Source of the DNA: Tricharina praecox
Taxonomy: Eukaryota
Reading direction: 5' to 3'
DNA: 64,000 nt
Assembly: GCF_024521635.1 (NCBI RefSeq)
Contig: NW_026250442.1
Location: 62,001-126,000, forward strand
The notes beneath the pieces were generated by a model. That model saw only the letters and a list, made by a program, of their open reading frames with translations, was not told the DNA's origin and searched no databases. The translations under genes were made by a program, and so were the position numbers. Position 1 is the first letter of the stretch. Every line of letters starts with the position of its first letter. Shown here one piece after another: positions 38,898 through 51,272 of the stretch.

Positions 38898-41138
38898 TCA
38901 AATCTTTGCATTTGGAAACAGCTTCCTCGGCGCACCCGAGAATCCAGGACTTCCACTGTGCTCCGACGAATTGCTGTCCAATCTCGAGGTGGCGAGCTGA
39001 TGTTTGCCGTTCTGTCCCAGCGAGGCTGGGACGGTAAGGCCGGGAGGATACTGCGTCGTGGTGCGGATTGGAGTTGGTGTTTGGGCCTCGGCGGCGCGAC
39101 GCTGCAGGAGGAGGGCTTTGGGAGCAACTTCCTGGTAGACGGCGCCGTTGGGCCAACGGGGCGCAGACTCTCTCTCGGCGATGGACATCATGGCGCGTTT
39201 CCTGGCGAACATTTTTTGGTTTCTGTTGCGGGCCTCAGCAATCCAGAGAATCTCGCCCTGAAAATCACGTTTGGCGGGTCCCTCGCGCTCGGGCCTATCG
39301 GAATTGTCCCGGCACACCATCTGGGCGTTCAGAGCGTGAAAACCAGGGTCGTTTTCTGGGACTTGTTGCCAGTATGACGGATCGCTGGGAGGGGAGTAAG
39401 GGTCCATTCCTTCGACCTTGCTCCAGACGTTTTTGACCTCGAGACCCTCCCGGTATGGATAAGCGTTGTATGGTAGGAGGGTAGGGTTCTGGATCGCATC
39501 CTCCGGGAAAGGCTGCTTCTCATCAAGGTAGAGTCGAGTTTGCTCCTGCAGTTTAGCTATCTCCTCCTCTGTCAAGATGTAGACATTGGCTTTTCCAGTA
39601 TCGTACCAATCCTGGACCCACTGAGCGTAAGCGGGATCTTCGTAGCTGTCCTCGATGTGCGGCTTCACGTCGTTCGCTTCTTCGAGGACGAGCAGATCGA
39701 ATTTGGGACTGATGTTGCTGTCCTGGACATCTCCGAGACAGTGAAAACCCCACGGCCCAGTTCCATCGATATGGTTTATTTGGTTCTCCTGATTCCATAG
39801 GAAATTTCGCAAGTAGTCGTCCCTAGTGAAGTTGACACTGAAGTCGGTTTCGTTGTAGTTGCAAAGCTCCAAGGTCTCGAGGCGGTGCATGAGACTCTTG
39901 CGATGGATGGTCCTATTCAGTCGCTCTCGATCGTCTCGCAATTGCTTTTCCATCATCTCGAAGTAGCGGCGTCTACGCGCTTCATGGTCGTGTCCGAACT
40001 TGTCAGCATACCGGTGTCCGAAAGGAGCTCTGGGCCTTGTTAGTCCCGGTGGAATAACTTGACGTGGAAATGTGGGGCCATACTTTTGGACGGCTTTGCC
40101 GTGGCCGGGTTTTGGGACGAGCGTCGGGCTTCCCAATTGAGAAGGGGTGCAATGAACAGCAAGGGGACTGATGTTTCCCTTGTATTTCGACATGTCTATT
40201 GAACGTGGAAGCTGCAATCTATACGACTTGTCTTCATAGCAGTCTTCATTGAGAGCATTGATATCGTTCACTCGCTCCTGAGATGGTTGTAAAATACCGG
40301 GGGGTGGCATTTCGGTCTCACGAGGATTCTGGACAGGAGTGAGCCGTGCGTGTGTCTCGACCGATTGCCCCGAATTACCGTTGGTCGAGGCTGTGGTAGC
40401 GGTGATTCCATCTGGATTTTGAGCTATAGTTAAGGCTTCCTGACTGCGTTTGGAAACGTTATTCTGGCCGCCAGTAGACATCCACGCACCATCGCTCACT
40501 CGCCCTCCTTGCTGATCCGAAACCTTGCGATCCTCCGCACCCCTCTGCGAGTCCCCACTGGACTGAGCTTGCGAACCATACTGCATCGAAGTGTCAACCG
40601 TCTCACCGCTGACATGACGTAGAGAGCTACTGCTCCTCGGTGCGAACACAACCTTCGACGGTCTTGCCGCAGTCTCCGAGTTCCGCCCGCTACTGGGCAG
40701 CAACGAAACCCCACTACCCTGCGTAGAATATCCCAGTGAAGTAGGCGAATTAATACCCGCTCCCGAGCCACCTGCACCTTTTGCGGGACCCGCTGTCTTC
40801 GTCTGGACCCCAGCCTTCGGCGCAGAGATTGGGCGGTTCTCATCCTGCGTCACACCCTTGAGCTTGCTAGCGAAGGTGGCCTTCTGCGGATCCGCCAGCG
40901 TCGGCAGCCTTCTCATCAAGGTCTGAGCCTGGGTAAGAGCCGTACGGTTGACAGGAACGCTCTCCTCCATGGCGGATCCACGGCGATCCGGTGCGGGAAT
41001 CACTCGGATGTGGGAGTGCGCGCTTCCCGGATCCGTGGCGTGGGACTCCGACATGTAGCTGTTGTGCGTCGAGTTGCGGGATTTGTCGCGCGTCCCTGCT
41101 TTGTGGCTGGAGTGCTTAGCATGTCTCCGGTGGGACAT
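38898..41138 (-). CDS. Hypothetical protein, 746 aa (disordered N-half, aromatic/acidic globular-looking C-half)
   Basis: Long uninterrupted ORF with an ATG start; no family recognised. Confidence 0.7.
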   Translation of the reverse strand: MSHRRHAKHSSHKAGTRDKSRNSTHNSYMSESHATDPGSAHSHIRVIPAPDRRGSAMEESVPVNRTALTQAQTLMRRLPTLADPQKATFASKLKGVTQDENRPISAPKAGVQTKTAGPAKGAGGSGAGINSPTSLGYSTQGSGVSLLPSSGRNSETAARPSKVVFAPRSSSSLRHVSGETVDTSMQYGSQAQSSGDSQRGAEDRKVSDQQGGRVSDGAWMSTGGQNNVSKRSQEALTIAQNPDGITATTASTNGNSGQSVETHARLTPVQNPRETEMPPPGILQPSQERVNDINALNEDCYEDKSYRLQLPRSIDMSKYKGNISPLAVHCTPSQLGSPTLVPKPGHGKAVQKYGPTFPRQVIPPGLTRPRAPFGHRYADKFGHDHEARRRRYFEMMEKQLRDDRERLNRTIHRKSLMHRLETLELCNYNETDFSVNFTRDDYLRNFLWNQENQINHIDGTGPWGFHCLGDVQDSNISPKFDLLVLEEANDVKPHIEDSYEDPAYAQWVQDWYDTGKANVYILTEEEIAKLQEQTRLYLDEKQPFPEDAIQNPTLLPYNAYPYREGLEVKNVWSKVEGMDPYSPPSDPSYWQQVPENDPGFHALNAQMVCRDNSDRPEREGPAKRDFQGEILWIAEARNRNQKMFARKRAMMSIAERESAPRWPNGAVYQEVAPKALLLQRRAAEAQTPTPIRTTTQYPPGLTVPASLGQNGKHQLATSRLDSNSSEHSGSPGFSGAPRKLFPNAKI

Positions 41139-41973
41139 GATGCCTGCGGGGACTGGGTGCAGTGAAGTAGGTATCTGGTGATCGTGGAGTCTTGATCTTG
41201 ATCGGGAAGCTGGCGGATACGGCGTGGGAGACGGAGCGAGGAGTGCAGACTCACGGTGGGGCCTTCGTTTTACAGATTAGCTCATGTACTCGCCATTTTG
41301 GAGAGTTGTTTTACCTACTACTCGCTGTTGGAGATTGTTGGTCTCAAAGATAGAGCAGAGCAGCCGAGAGGGAGAGAGGAGAGGGAGGAGAGCTTGTGGT
41401 TGTGTTGTATGTTGATAGTGGAGATGGTGGGGAAGATGAGAATGGGGGTTGCGTTGAGAGAGTGGAAAGATAGACTTGAAGGGGTTGAATAGGACGAAGC
41501 TGTTGACATTTGACAGCCAGTACGTCATTAAGAAGAAGATGTTGCTTCTTCCATTTCGGTGTTTGCGTACATACTTCTTACCTGTCTAAGAAGAGAGTGA
41601 GTTTTCGTGTTGCACCGCAACAGCATAGCTCAACTGCTGTGAATTGGATGACTATCTTCATCAGTCCAAGCCATCGTTTGCTTATAGAGTGATCAGAACA
41701 AAGGATGCATCCAGTGACACCGATTATCAAAGGTCCTTGGTCATCCATTGTCACCCGTATAGATGATATGTGATGAGGAATCCGCACAATTGTGTAACCT
41801 ACGTCCTTCGAGCATTTCTCTCGGGAGATCACTCGCCGTCGCCATCGCCACCGTTATCGCAAATTTGATGCATGCAAGTTGCTTGACAGTTGACTGCGGT
41901 GGTATATTTACAGTTACATCTACACGATCCAAACGCCCCTAGGTAATTCAAAGTTCAACACTAAAATCATCGC

Positions 41974-43694
41974 TCAAAACCCCGCAAAGCCCTCTTCGAC
42001 TACCCATCCCTTCTCCACCTGCGTCTCCACCAATGCACCACATGCCCTTCCCACGACCAGCAGTCCAGGCGGCCTACTACCCACCTCCTCGAGTGCCCTC
42101 CCAACCACCCCCAGCGTCGTCCGTACAACCCGCTGATCAGCACAACTCGCGCGCTCGATGACCGCACATGGCGTGTCCATCGGCCAGCCCTTCCCCTTCA
42201 GCTCGCCGACCAACGCATCGACTCTATGTAGAGCCATGAGGAAGACCGTAGTCCTGCTCGCGACCCACTCCGGGGGGTCTGGGGCCGCTCCTCGGCGTCC
42301 AGTGCCGGTGCATATCAGCACCTGGTCCGCGACGCCGCGGTGTGTGGATGGGATCCCGGCGAAGAGAGGGGCGGATAGAGCACTGGTGATGCCGGGGAGG
42401 ACGACGGGCATGAAACCGTGCTTGCGGAAGAATGTTAGCTCCTCGCCGCCGCGGCCGTAGATGTATGGATCGCCCTGCTTCAGACGGACGACGGTCTGGC
42501 CGGATTGGAGGGCCGCGAGGCCGCGCGAGAGGAGCTCTTCTTGCGCTGCTTCGGCGTTGCCTGGGTATTTCTTTGCGATGAATACTGGTGTGCGCCGGGG
42601 GATCAGGGAGAGGACGGCGGAGGGAACGAGTTTGTCCGCTAGGATGAGGTCGGCGCTGTTGATGGCTTCGAGGGAGGCGGTGGTGAGGAGCGAGGGGTGG
42701 CCCGGACCCGAGCCGACGAGGAGGATCTTGCCGCGCTTCTCGGAGGGAGCGGGAGTGAGCGGGGGGCTGGTTGTGTCTAAGTCCGCTTCGGAGAGGGTGC
42801 AAAGACGGTCAAGTGGCCAGTACTCGCATATCTGGCTGAGCCAGCGAATCCGTCTAGTCTTCGCGGCAGCCTCGCCCACGGGTGTGATGAGGGTGTTGAA
42901 TGTGTTGCTTTGGTCACCGGCCTCCTCCTCGCCGTCGACGACTCCCGCCTCATCGATTAACCGGCGCCGTAGCGCACCGATGCGGATACACGCCTCGCCG
43001 ATGTCCGCCGGGAGTGCTGCGGCGATCTCGCGTTTGATGCGGGATGCGAGCTTGCAGCCGTTGCCAGAGGTTGTGACGCCAATGTGGAGCGGTCCGGCCG
43101 CATGTGTGGATAGGAGAGAGAATGTACTGTGCGTTGGAGAATCCACGCAGTTGACGGGTATGCGGAGACGTTTACACCGTGCCGAAATCTGTGATACTGA
43201 ATGCACGTCAACGCCACCACTCCGAGAGACATACTCGACCCGAGCACGGATGAGAACTCACCAACACCCTTCTCCTCCACCGTAACCCACACCAGATCCA
43301 CCACTCCGTCCACCTCCTTCCTGCCCAATGTCTCCAAATCCCGCTCAACAAACTTCCTCCGCACCCACTCGACCTCACCGTCTTCTATCCTCCTCCTCAG
43401 GCCATAATGTAACTCCGCCCCGCCTTCCGTCTCAAGCGCAAGCACCTTTACCATCGCGCCAGCCTCGATCGACTTCTGTGCCCTCGCCGCGGCGATCGCA
43501 TTGCTGCCGACGATGAGATGAACCTGACCCTGACAATTGTTGGAGGTCAGCAGCCCCGTCGCCGCCGTCGCCGTCGTAGCCGTAGCCGAGGATGGTGGTA
43601 ATAACGTCGCGGGAATTCCAGGCATTGCTTCTGCTGTTTCTGTGGATGTATTCCCAATCTCCGGGGGGATTCCAGCCTTTTTACCGCACGGCAT
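41974..43694 (-). CDS. MET1: Uroporphyrinogen-III C-methyltransferase / siroheme synthase (CysG-like architecture)
   Basis: LVGSGPGHPSLLT, VRLKQGDPYIYGRGGEE and PGITSA motifs, with an N-terminal NAD-binding-like region. Intron 43197-43261; alternative start at 43625. Confidence 0.93.
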
Positions 43695-44468
43695 TGCTGG
43701 AAGCTGATCTGTGGTAAACGAGCGATGGCGATTCACTTTGCTTCTTCGGGATAGGATTCAGTTTGTTTCCCGAACTTTTTTTTTTGCATGGTGGGGTTTT
43801 CGGCCCTGGTGGGGGCGCCGTTATCGCTACACACCTAGAAAATTGGGAGACGCGATTAAAGATTGCTGATCACGCCCGGTGGCGTAATCGCGGCGGGGGA
43901 TTCGTGATCGCTGCTGCTTACCTAGGTGCTCCTACTAGTAGTTACTCGTGCTGGGAGGATTTGTCCGCGGAAGTTAACTCCTATTTCCTATTCCTTAGCG
44001 AAGTAACTGCAGAGGTGCATCTCCATCTCCGTCTCCGGTCTCCGGGTGTGATTTCTCCCCAGGGCGGGGCAAACGGGAGCGGAACGGGAAGAAAGGAAAC
44101 ACTGCTCATCTCCGCGGCACGTTCTCCTCGAGCTTATCCACCCCACCTGTTGTGTTACCCATGGATGGGGCAGATGGAGATTGTGGGAATCGCCCATCCC
44201 GGGTCCGGAGATGCTGGAGCCTGGAGGTTTATGTACGTAGGGGACAGGCCGGGAAGGATGGATAACAAGTACTCCAAGTAAACTACTCGATAGGGTCCCT
44301 GATCGCCAGCTATCCGTGTCGTGTGAGTGGTCCTCGACACCCGAGTGAGCCACCACCATCCAGTTACAATCGTGACCCCACCAGTGACCACCCGTAACAG
44401 CAACACCACCACCACCACCACGATTACCACTTCACGTGCCCCCACCACCACGCGCAGCTACAGCCACG

Positions 44469-45061
44469 ATGTACACCTCCCACAACGCGAGCATCAACAG
44501 TTCGCTATCAGCGTGCGTCTCCTCGCTCCGGGACAGCACACGCCTTCTCGACTCGACCATCTCGATCCTCGAGACGGGCACACAAGACTTCCCACGGACG
44601 ACGCGAGCAATCCAAGCAGTGCGGGCCTACGAGCTGATCTCGGAGCCGGAGCTATTCTCCGCGCAGCGCGAGCTGGCCTCAGAGATCGGGCCGGAGGTTG
44701 AGCACCTCCTCCGGCGCGTCGAGATGCACCTGGCGAAGCTCGAGAGGCGCGAGAAGAGCCTGGTTAGTAGGTCCGAGTTGCAGGAGGGACGGATTGCCCA
44801 AGGGCAGCCCAGGATCGAGGGGAAGGGCAGGTTGAAGGAGAGGATGAGTGTCTTCGCGACGGATGAGCGCGCCGCCAGGCAGGAGAGGCTCAGGATGCTC
44901 GGGAATAAGAGGGAGCGCCTGGAGCATACGCTCGAGAGACTGACGTTGCAGATGAGCCACAAGGTATGTACTTTCCCGTGTGGGCGGGCCGGGGCGGGGC
45001 TAATGCTGTGGGTGTGAAGGAGAGGCAGGTCAGGATGAACATCAACTACGGTGCGCGGTGA
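44469..45061 (+). CDS. SPC19: DASH/Dam1 complex subunit Spc19
   Basis: SLSACVSSL...LLDSTISILETGTQDFPR...YELISE...EIGPEV...LERREKSL; intron 44964-45019. Confidence 0.88.
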
Positions 45062-45176
45062 TGATGTACGGACGGATGGGTGTGGTTATTGGCGTTTGGA
45101 GGCGTTTAGGGGGTGTTCATTGGTATTACTACAACTACGGAACCACTCTACCATAGGGGATTCATTCATTCATCCA

Positions 45177-46227
45177 TTAAATTCCCGCCGCCGTCATGAC
45201 AAGTTTCAACGACTTGATAGTAGTACCGAGCACATGCTCTAGACCCCCAAGCTTTGCCCAGGCAGCCATGAGCGTCGGGTCCTGCGACTCGACGCGCACC
45301 AGCTCCCGCACACGCACATCCGTATCGTTGTATCTGAGGACCTGATCGGACGCTGCATCCGCGCCTCCGTGGCCCCCCGGGGCAGTATCGCGGTGGATTC
45401 CGACTGCCGCCGCAAACCGCTCGCGGAAGCCGAAGGGTGAGATGTCAAAGAAAGCGGACTTGTTAGGGTCTGGTGAGACGAGGGATTCGAGTGTGCGCAG
45501 CTCGGCGATTATCGCCGCTTCGGTGATGTAGAGGTCAAAGGCGACGTTGGCGGGGAGTGGCGGATCGAATACCTGTAGATACACCTTAGCCCACCCCCCG
45601 TCCCGGATGCATCGGTGAAGGAAGGAAGCACACCTTCGGATCCACCGCGTGAAATGGAAACAGTCTATGTGCCGATGCGCCCTTGAGCGCCGTCCGGGCG
45701 GCCTTCATGTTCGCATGCAACGCACACAGCATCTGCATAACACTCTTGGGATCCATCTTCCTCAGCCAGCCGCCATCCCCATCCGCTCCCTCCTCCTCCT
45801 CCCCGTCCTCTTCCCCGTTACGTAGCACCTCCAGCGACGCAACAACATAGTTCCCCACATCCACCAGCTGCTCCAGCATCAACGTGTGGTCCGCGGCAAC
45901 ACTGAGCTTGTACACCTGTAGCCCGCGGGTATACGGCAGTCCGGCCATCTTGACCTGCATGTCACCGCGGGTGACGCGGCTGCCAACACGGGTAATGAAG
46001 CCTTTCAGTGCTTCGCTGCGGGAGGTGGAGAGTGGAAGTGTCGAGCCGGGGCCGGACGGGGCTAGGAGGTGCAGACATTCTTGCAGGCCTGAGCGCAGGG
46101 CGCCGATGGTTTCGTCGAGGGTAGAGAGCAGCCAGGATAGTTCGCGAGCCTAGGGGAGGTGTCAGAGTACTGTGGGGAGCAAGAAGAGCGGACGTACTGC
46201 AGATGCGGTTTCTTCGTCTACGGTCAT
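45177..46227 (-). CDS. RAV2: RAVE complex subunit 2 / Rogdi
   Basis: ARELSWLL...[11 protein letters not shown]...STLPLS...LKGFITRVG and [17 protein letters not shown]; introns 46150-46197 and about 45573-45633. Confidence 0.85.
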
Positions 46228-46374
46228 GGTGGGTTGAGCGAGCTGTGGACCTGTGGTATCCAGGTAGGTTGTTCGGGTACAGCCGCCCGTCTGACATCAC
46301 GCAACCATCTTAACCTCTCGCAAGCTCCACCACGTTTCTACTATACTACATACATCCCACCAGCGTCACCAGCA

Positions 46375-47330
46375 ATGAACCCGCCAACACTCTTCCGCCA
46401 ATCCACACGGCAGCTCCTCCCCGCCCTCACCGTACGCAGCTTCACCGCGCTCACCCGCCCCCCGCCAAACTACCCGGGCCATGTCCCCCTCACCACACCG
46501 GAGCGGCTCCTCCTCGGCGCCGGATCGGCGGTGATCTGCTTCTTCAACCCACGGCGCGCCGGTAGCTACCCCTCGCACCCCGCGCACGCGCACCCACCCC
46601 CACTCGCGCTAACAACCATACCTAGACCTCATCGCCGCCTGCGGCGAAGCCACCGCGGTCCCCTACTTCATCTACCGGCTGCGGGACGCGATGCTGCGGG
46701 ACTCTACGGGCCGGCGGATCCTGCGGGACCGACCACGGATCACCTCTACAAGCCTTGACCTTCCGCGGCTGCGGGCGCTGCCGCCAGGCACCGTAGGGCG
46801 CGAGTATATCACGTGGCTGGACCGGGAGGGGGTGTCGCCCGACACGCGCAGTGCCGTGCGGTACATCGATGATCCCGAGTGCGCATATGTCATGCAGCGG
46901 TATAGGGAGTGTCATGATTTTTATCACGCACTGACCGGGCTCCCTGTGGTCAGGGAGGGCGAGGTCGCGTTGAAGGCGTTTGAGTTTGCGAATACGTTGA
47001 TTCCGATGACGGGACTGAGCATGGCCGCGGCGCTGACGCTGAAGGGAGATGAGAGGAGCAGGATCTGGGGGACGTATTTTCCGTGGGCGATCAGGAATGG
47101 GGTCAACGCGAAGGAGGTGATTAATATCTATTGGGAGGAGGAGTTGGAGACTAGTGTTGAGGCGCTGAGGAAAAGGATTGGGATTGAGATGCCGCCTGAG
47201 TGGGTACTCCCTTGCTCGGAGGTGCGGGATCATGTGCTGACGGTAGAACAGTATGCGGCGGACTAGAGCAGAGATCCGAGCGGCGAAGAAGAAGGAGAAG
47301 GCGGAGCGCGAGGCATTGGGGAAGGTTTGA
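46375..47330 (+). CDS. COQ4: Ubiquinone biosynthesis protein Coq4
   Basis: [11 protein letters not shown] and YRECHDFYH...[10 protein letters not shown] (HDxxH-x11-E) motifs; two introns (about 46562-46626 and 47200-47251). Confidence 0.95.
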
Positions 47331-47428
47331 TTTGACATCACATCGGCCGCCGGTGCGGTGTCTCACGATACAAAACGTCATTCATTCGCCCGTGAACTGC
47401 ATAAGCGCTCATCCCCATTCCCATCCCC

Positions 47429-48005
47429 CTAATCGAAGAAATCATCATCGTCATCATCAAACACGGCCTTCCTCCTCTGGAAGACGATCTCGCCATCGCC
47501 TCCACCCTCCTTCTTCTTGCTATCATCCACCATGCCGATAAGCTTCACCAGCTCGTCGTCCGTAACTCGCGACCGCAGCTGGTTCGTGCGCGCAAGCATG
47601 ATCAGCCGGTTCTCGAGGTCCGTCGCGCGTGACGCTTTCACCATCGCGATGCGTCCCAGCCGGTCGACGGCTTCGGGCGTGCAGATTTGGCTGATGATTT
47701 GCTTGCGGCTTTCGGCTGCGGTGGGTTAGTGTATGTGACGGCGAGAGTGTCGATAGATGTGGTACCTTCGTTCTGTCTACGTGTTGTTAGCAGAGCTCTC
47801 CACCGTAAGGGGCGTTCAGTGTGCTCACTTCTGCTCATCCTGTCCACCCTGTCCACCACCTCCTCCTCCTCCACCGCCGCCCTGGAGCTCAGCGAGACGC
47901 GCAGCTCGGATCTTGGCTAGGTCTGGAAGGAATTCGTTAGCCGCTGAGTGTAATGTAGTGTAGTGCAGTATAGCCAGCGGAGTTCAACTCACCATCGTCG
48001 TCCAT
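47429..48005 (-). CDS. PDCD5-like double-stranded-DNA-binding protein
   Basis: Multi-exon: MDDD/DLAKIRAARLAELQ...QICTPEAVDRLGRIAMVKASRATDLENRLIMLA...DDDDDFFD*. Confidence 0.88.
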
Positions 48006-48538
48006 TATTTGCTGTATGATGTTTTGGTGTCGCAGATGACGATGAGCTGCTGGCTGGCTGGCTGGCTGTGCCCCGCCTTCTCTCCCACCTTCATGCACGC
48101 TTCCTAGCCGCGAATGGACTAGCGCCACGGGATAAGCAGGATCATGGTGAGTCACTCCATTTTCTATCTTTCTCTTCCGGGCAATTCTGGAACGCTGGCC
48201 AGATCCGTTCCCGCTGCATAATATTTCACGCGGTCACAAGCTGCTCCGGAGTCCGAATACATAGAAAATAACTAAGCCACATGTTTTGTTTCCCCGGTGG
48301 CGACTGGCGAGTCTGCTCCGGACGAACCAATCACCGCGCTCCGAACCGCACATGACCTTGGCGTCTTGGCCACCCTCCCTTGCTTCGGGAACGTTCCCTG
48401 GGGTGGCCGGCTATCTCACATCAAAAAGACCCTGCCCATCACCCATCTGCACCTGCACCTCTCATCCCTCCATCTCCATCTCACCACCCCACACCTTCAC
48501 CACCCTCCACCACCACCACCACCACTACCACCAAAGCA

Positions 48539-49133
48539 ATGGCACGTCAACGCGGTCCCGCTCGCCCCGCCGCGCGCCCCGCGGCTCGCCCCGCTCCCGC
48601 GCAATCTCGCGCCGCCTCGACGGCCTCGGTCCCCGCGCGCACTGCGGCCGCCCCCCCGCCCGCGGTGCAGCAGGCGTCGGCGCCTGCGCAGCAGGGTCCG
48701 GGACTTTTCGGACAGATGGCCTCCACCGCTGCTGGTGTCGCTGTCGGTAGCAGTATTGGACATGTTGTTGGCTCGGGGCTTTCTGGGCTTGTGAGTAATT
48801 CTGTCGCTGGGGGGATGGGAAAGGGAAGGGGGAACATGCTGACGCGTGTGGGGATAGTTCGGAGGTGGATCGTCCGCGCCCGTCGAGGCGCCCGCTCAGG
48901 CGCAGGCTGCGCAGTCCCAAGGAAACTGGGGCGCTGCGTCGTGCGAGGCTGATGCGAAGAGCTTTACTAAGTGTCTTGATGATAATGGTGGAGACATGCA
49001 GATCTGCAGTTGGTACTTGGAGCAACTGGTATGTTCTTCCGTCGTGGTTGATGTGGTTTGGCGGGTGGAGAGATGCTGACGGGGGGGGGGCGTGCAGAAA
49101 GCGTGTCAGAACATGGCGAAGACTCTCAACTAG
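48539..49133 (+). CDS. MIX17: Mitochondrial CHCH protein Mix17 (CHCHD2/10 family)
   Basis: GPGLFGQMASTAAGVAVGSSIGH and a twin CX9C (CEADAKSFTKC...CSWYLEQLKAC); two introns. Confidence 0.93.
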
Positions 49134-49744
49134 ACGAGACACTGGATGATGGAGGAGAGCGTTGGGCGAGCATTGGGTTGCGTAGCATAGCGTTCTCTGG
49201 CTCTGGCTCTGGCAATTGTGGCGGAATACCTACCTAGATCGGGCTGCGTTTTATTCTTCTGCTTCTCAGCTTTTCCTTCTTTCTTTCTCCGAAGCACAGA
49301 CGAGATGAGACGAGATGAGATGAGATGAGATGAGATGCGATGTGTATTTGTTACTTAGAATGTACTTGTACTCCACTCCCCTCTTTGTACCTTTGTGCTG
49401 TACCATACGTAAAACTACCTAGGTGGGCTATCGTGTTTGCAAATGTATAATATGCCTATATGTAGTGGGCAGCTCGGTGAATCACGATCTTGATTCCAAT
49501 CTCAGGATGAGGGTATGTACGGTACCCGTCAACTAAAGCTCCAGTGGAGATTTGTGTCTCACCATGTCCGACCTCACCAGTCTCGCCAGTCTCGACAGCA
49601 TACCCATCCGCACCACAAGCCCCACTCACTCCACAAATTCCCCGAGTCACCCGTGAGGTGTGCAGCACCGACGCCGACGTCGATAACTGGGATTGGAGTT
49701 GTACCCCAAAGCCGAAGCCGGACCTCGCCCATTCACGCGTACGC

Positions 49745-49968
49745 AGACAAGATCATGCAACAATACCATGCAGCAAAAGCATGAGAAAATCACCAGCACC
49801 GACGGCCATAGATTTCGAGCAACCACACCACAACCCGGTCAGATCTCGACCGTTCACGTAGACAATATCATGCAACGATTCCATGCACCAAAATCATGAG
49901 AAATCACCAGCGCCGACGGCCATAGATGTCGAGCAAATTGCAACCACACCACCACCCGGTCAAAGCTT
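49745..49968 (+). repeat. Imperfect ~115-bp direct repeat x2
   Basis: ATCATGCAAC...CATGAGAAA(A)TCACCAGCRCCGACGGCCATAGAT...CCCGGTCA occurs at about 49752 and 49867. Confidence 0.8.
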
Positions 49969-50736
49969 TTGCCATTCCATTCCGTTCCCAGTCCCCTTCC
50001 CCGTGTGTATATATGACCTTCATCCCATCCCATCCAATCCACCAGCAAATCCACCAGCAAATCCACCAGCAAATTCATTCCCAAAAGATCCCCCCAAATG
50101 TCCCCCCAAATGTCCAAGTCAAAAGTGTAGTATAGGTAGTGTAGTAGTGTAGTAGATACTCAGAAGTAAGTAGCAGAAGTAAGCAGAAGTAAGTAAGTAG
50201 AAGAAGTAAGTAGAAGTAGAAGTTAAAAAACGCTAATAGTGCCATCAAGCAAAGCAAAGCAAATAGTTTGCACGTGTGTAAGTAAGGCAAGGTAAGTGGG
50301 CGGGCAAGAAGAAGAAGTAAACAATAACCAGAATTCGCTCCTCCCCTCCAATATCTCCTTCGGCGATACGATACGGTCTCTAACATCAAATCAAAAAAAC
50401 GCCGCCCCCCCCCGCCACCAGGACAACTTAAATAGCCGGTCCAATTCCCGTCCAATTCCAATTCAATCCTATCCAATCCAATTCCGAGTCCAATTCCGGT
50501 CCACTCCAATCCACTCCACTTCAATCCAATCCACTCCAATCCTCTTTCTCAGACATACACACACACTCACCTACAGGCAGCGACATCAACACAACAGCAA
50601 CAGCAACGGTATAAGGTACTTTCGGCCGGGTAGAAAACAAACGAAAACAAGTTGAGCTAGTTACCGTGATGAATGGTAGGCAGCAGTGGTGGATGGAGTT
50701 TACAAAAACGTGACAAATACAAGAAGTATCAGAGCG

Positions 50737-50856
50737 AAGAAGAAGAAGAAGAAGAAGAAGAAGAAGAAGAAGAAGAAAGTGTAAGAGTTACTTAAGTTAA
50801 GGTCAAGTACCGTAGCGTAGGGGGGGGGGGGGGGGGGGGGGGGGGGGGTAGGGGGG
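50737..50856 (+). repeat. (GAA)n microsatellite followed by a ~30-nt poly-G tract
   Basis: Direct reading of the sequence. Confidence 0.9.
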
Positions 50857-51272
50857 GACAAAAGAAAACGAAGTGAAGTGAAGGTTGTGGGGGGGAGGGT
50901 GGGCGGAATGAAGGAGATTCGTTTCGTTGAACCCACCCTCGCCCGCCCAGTGCGAAAACCCAGTGCGAAAACCCAAAAACGTGAAACGAAAGCACCGCCT
51001 GCAACCAGCCAACCAGCAACAGCAATAGCAAGCAACAGTAACAGCAAGCAAAAGCAACATCTCTTCTTTCCTCTTTTTCGCACCAACAGCACAGAACAGA
51101 ACAAGTCAACACGCCCCAAACTCCCCTGCCAACCAGCAGCCATGCATATAAAAAACATTCTCACACATCCCTCCTCCCCACCCCACCCCCCACCCCTCTC
51201 CCCCCCAAGAGTTGGACCCTATTGAAGGTAAAAGAGGTGAGTAGTAGGATGAGAAGAAGAAAAAAGACGGTC

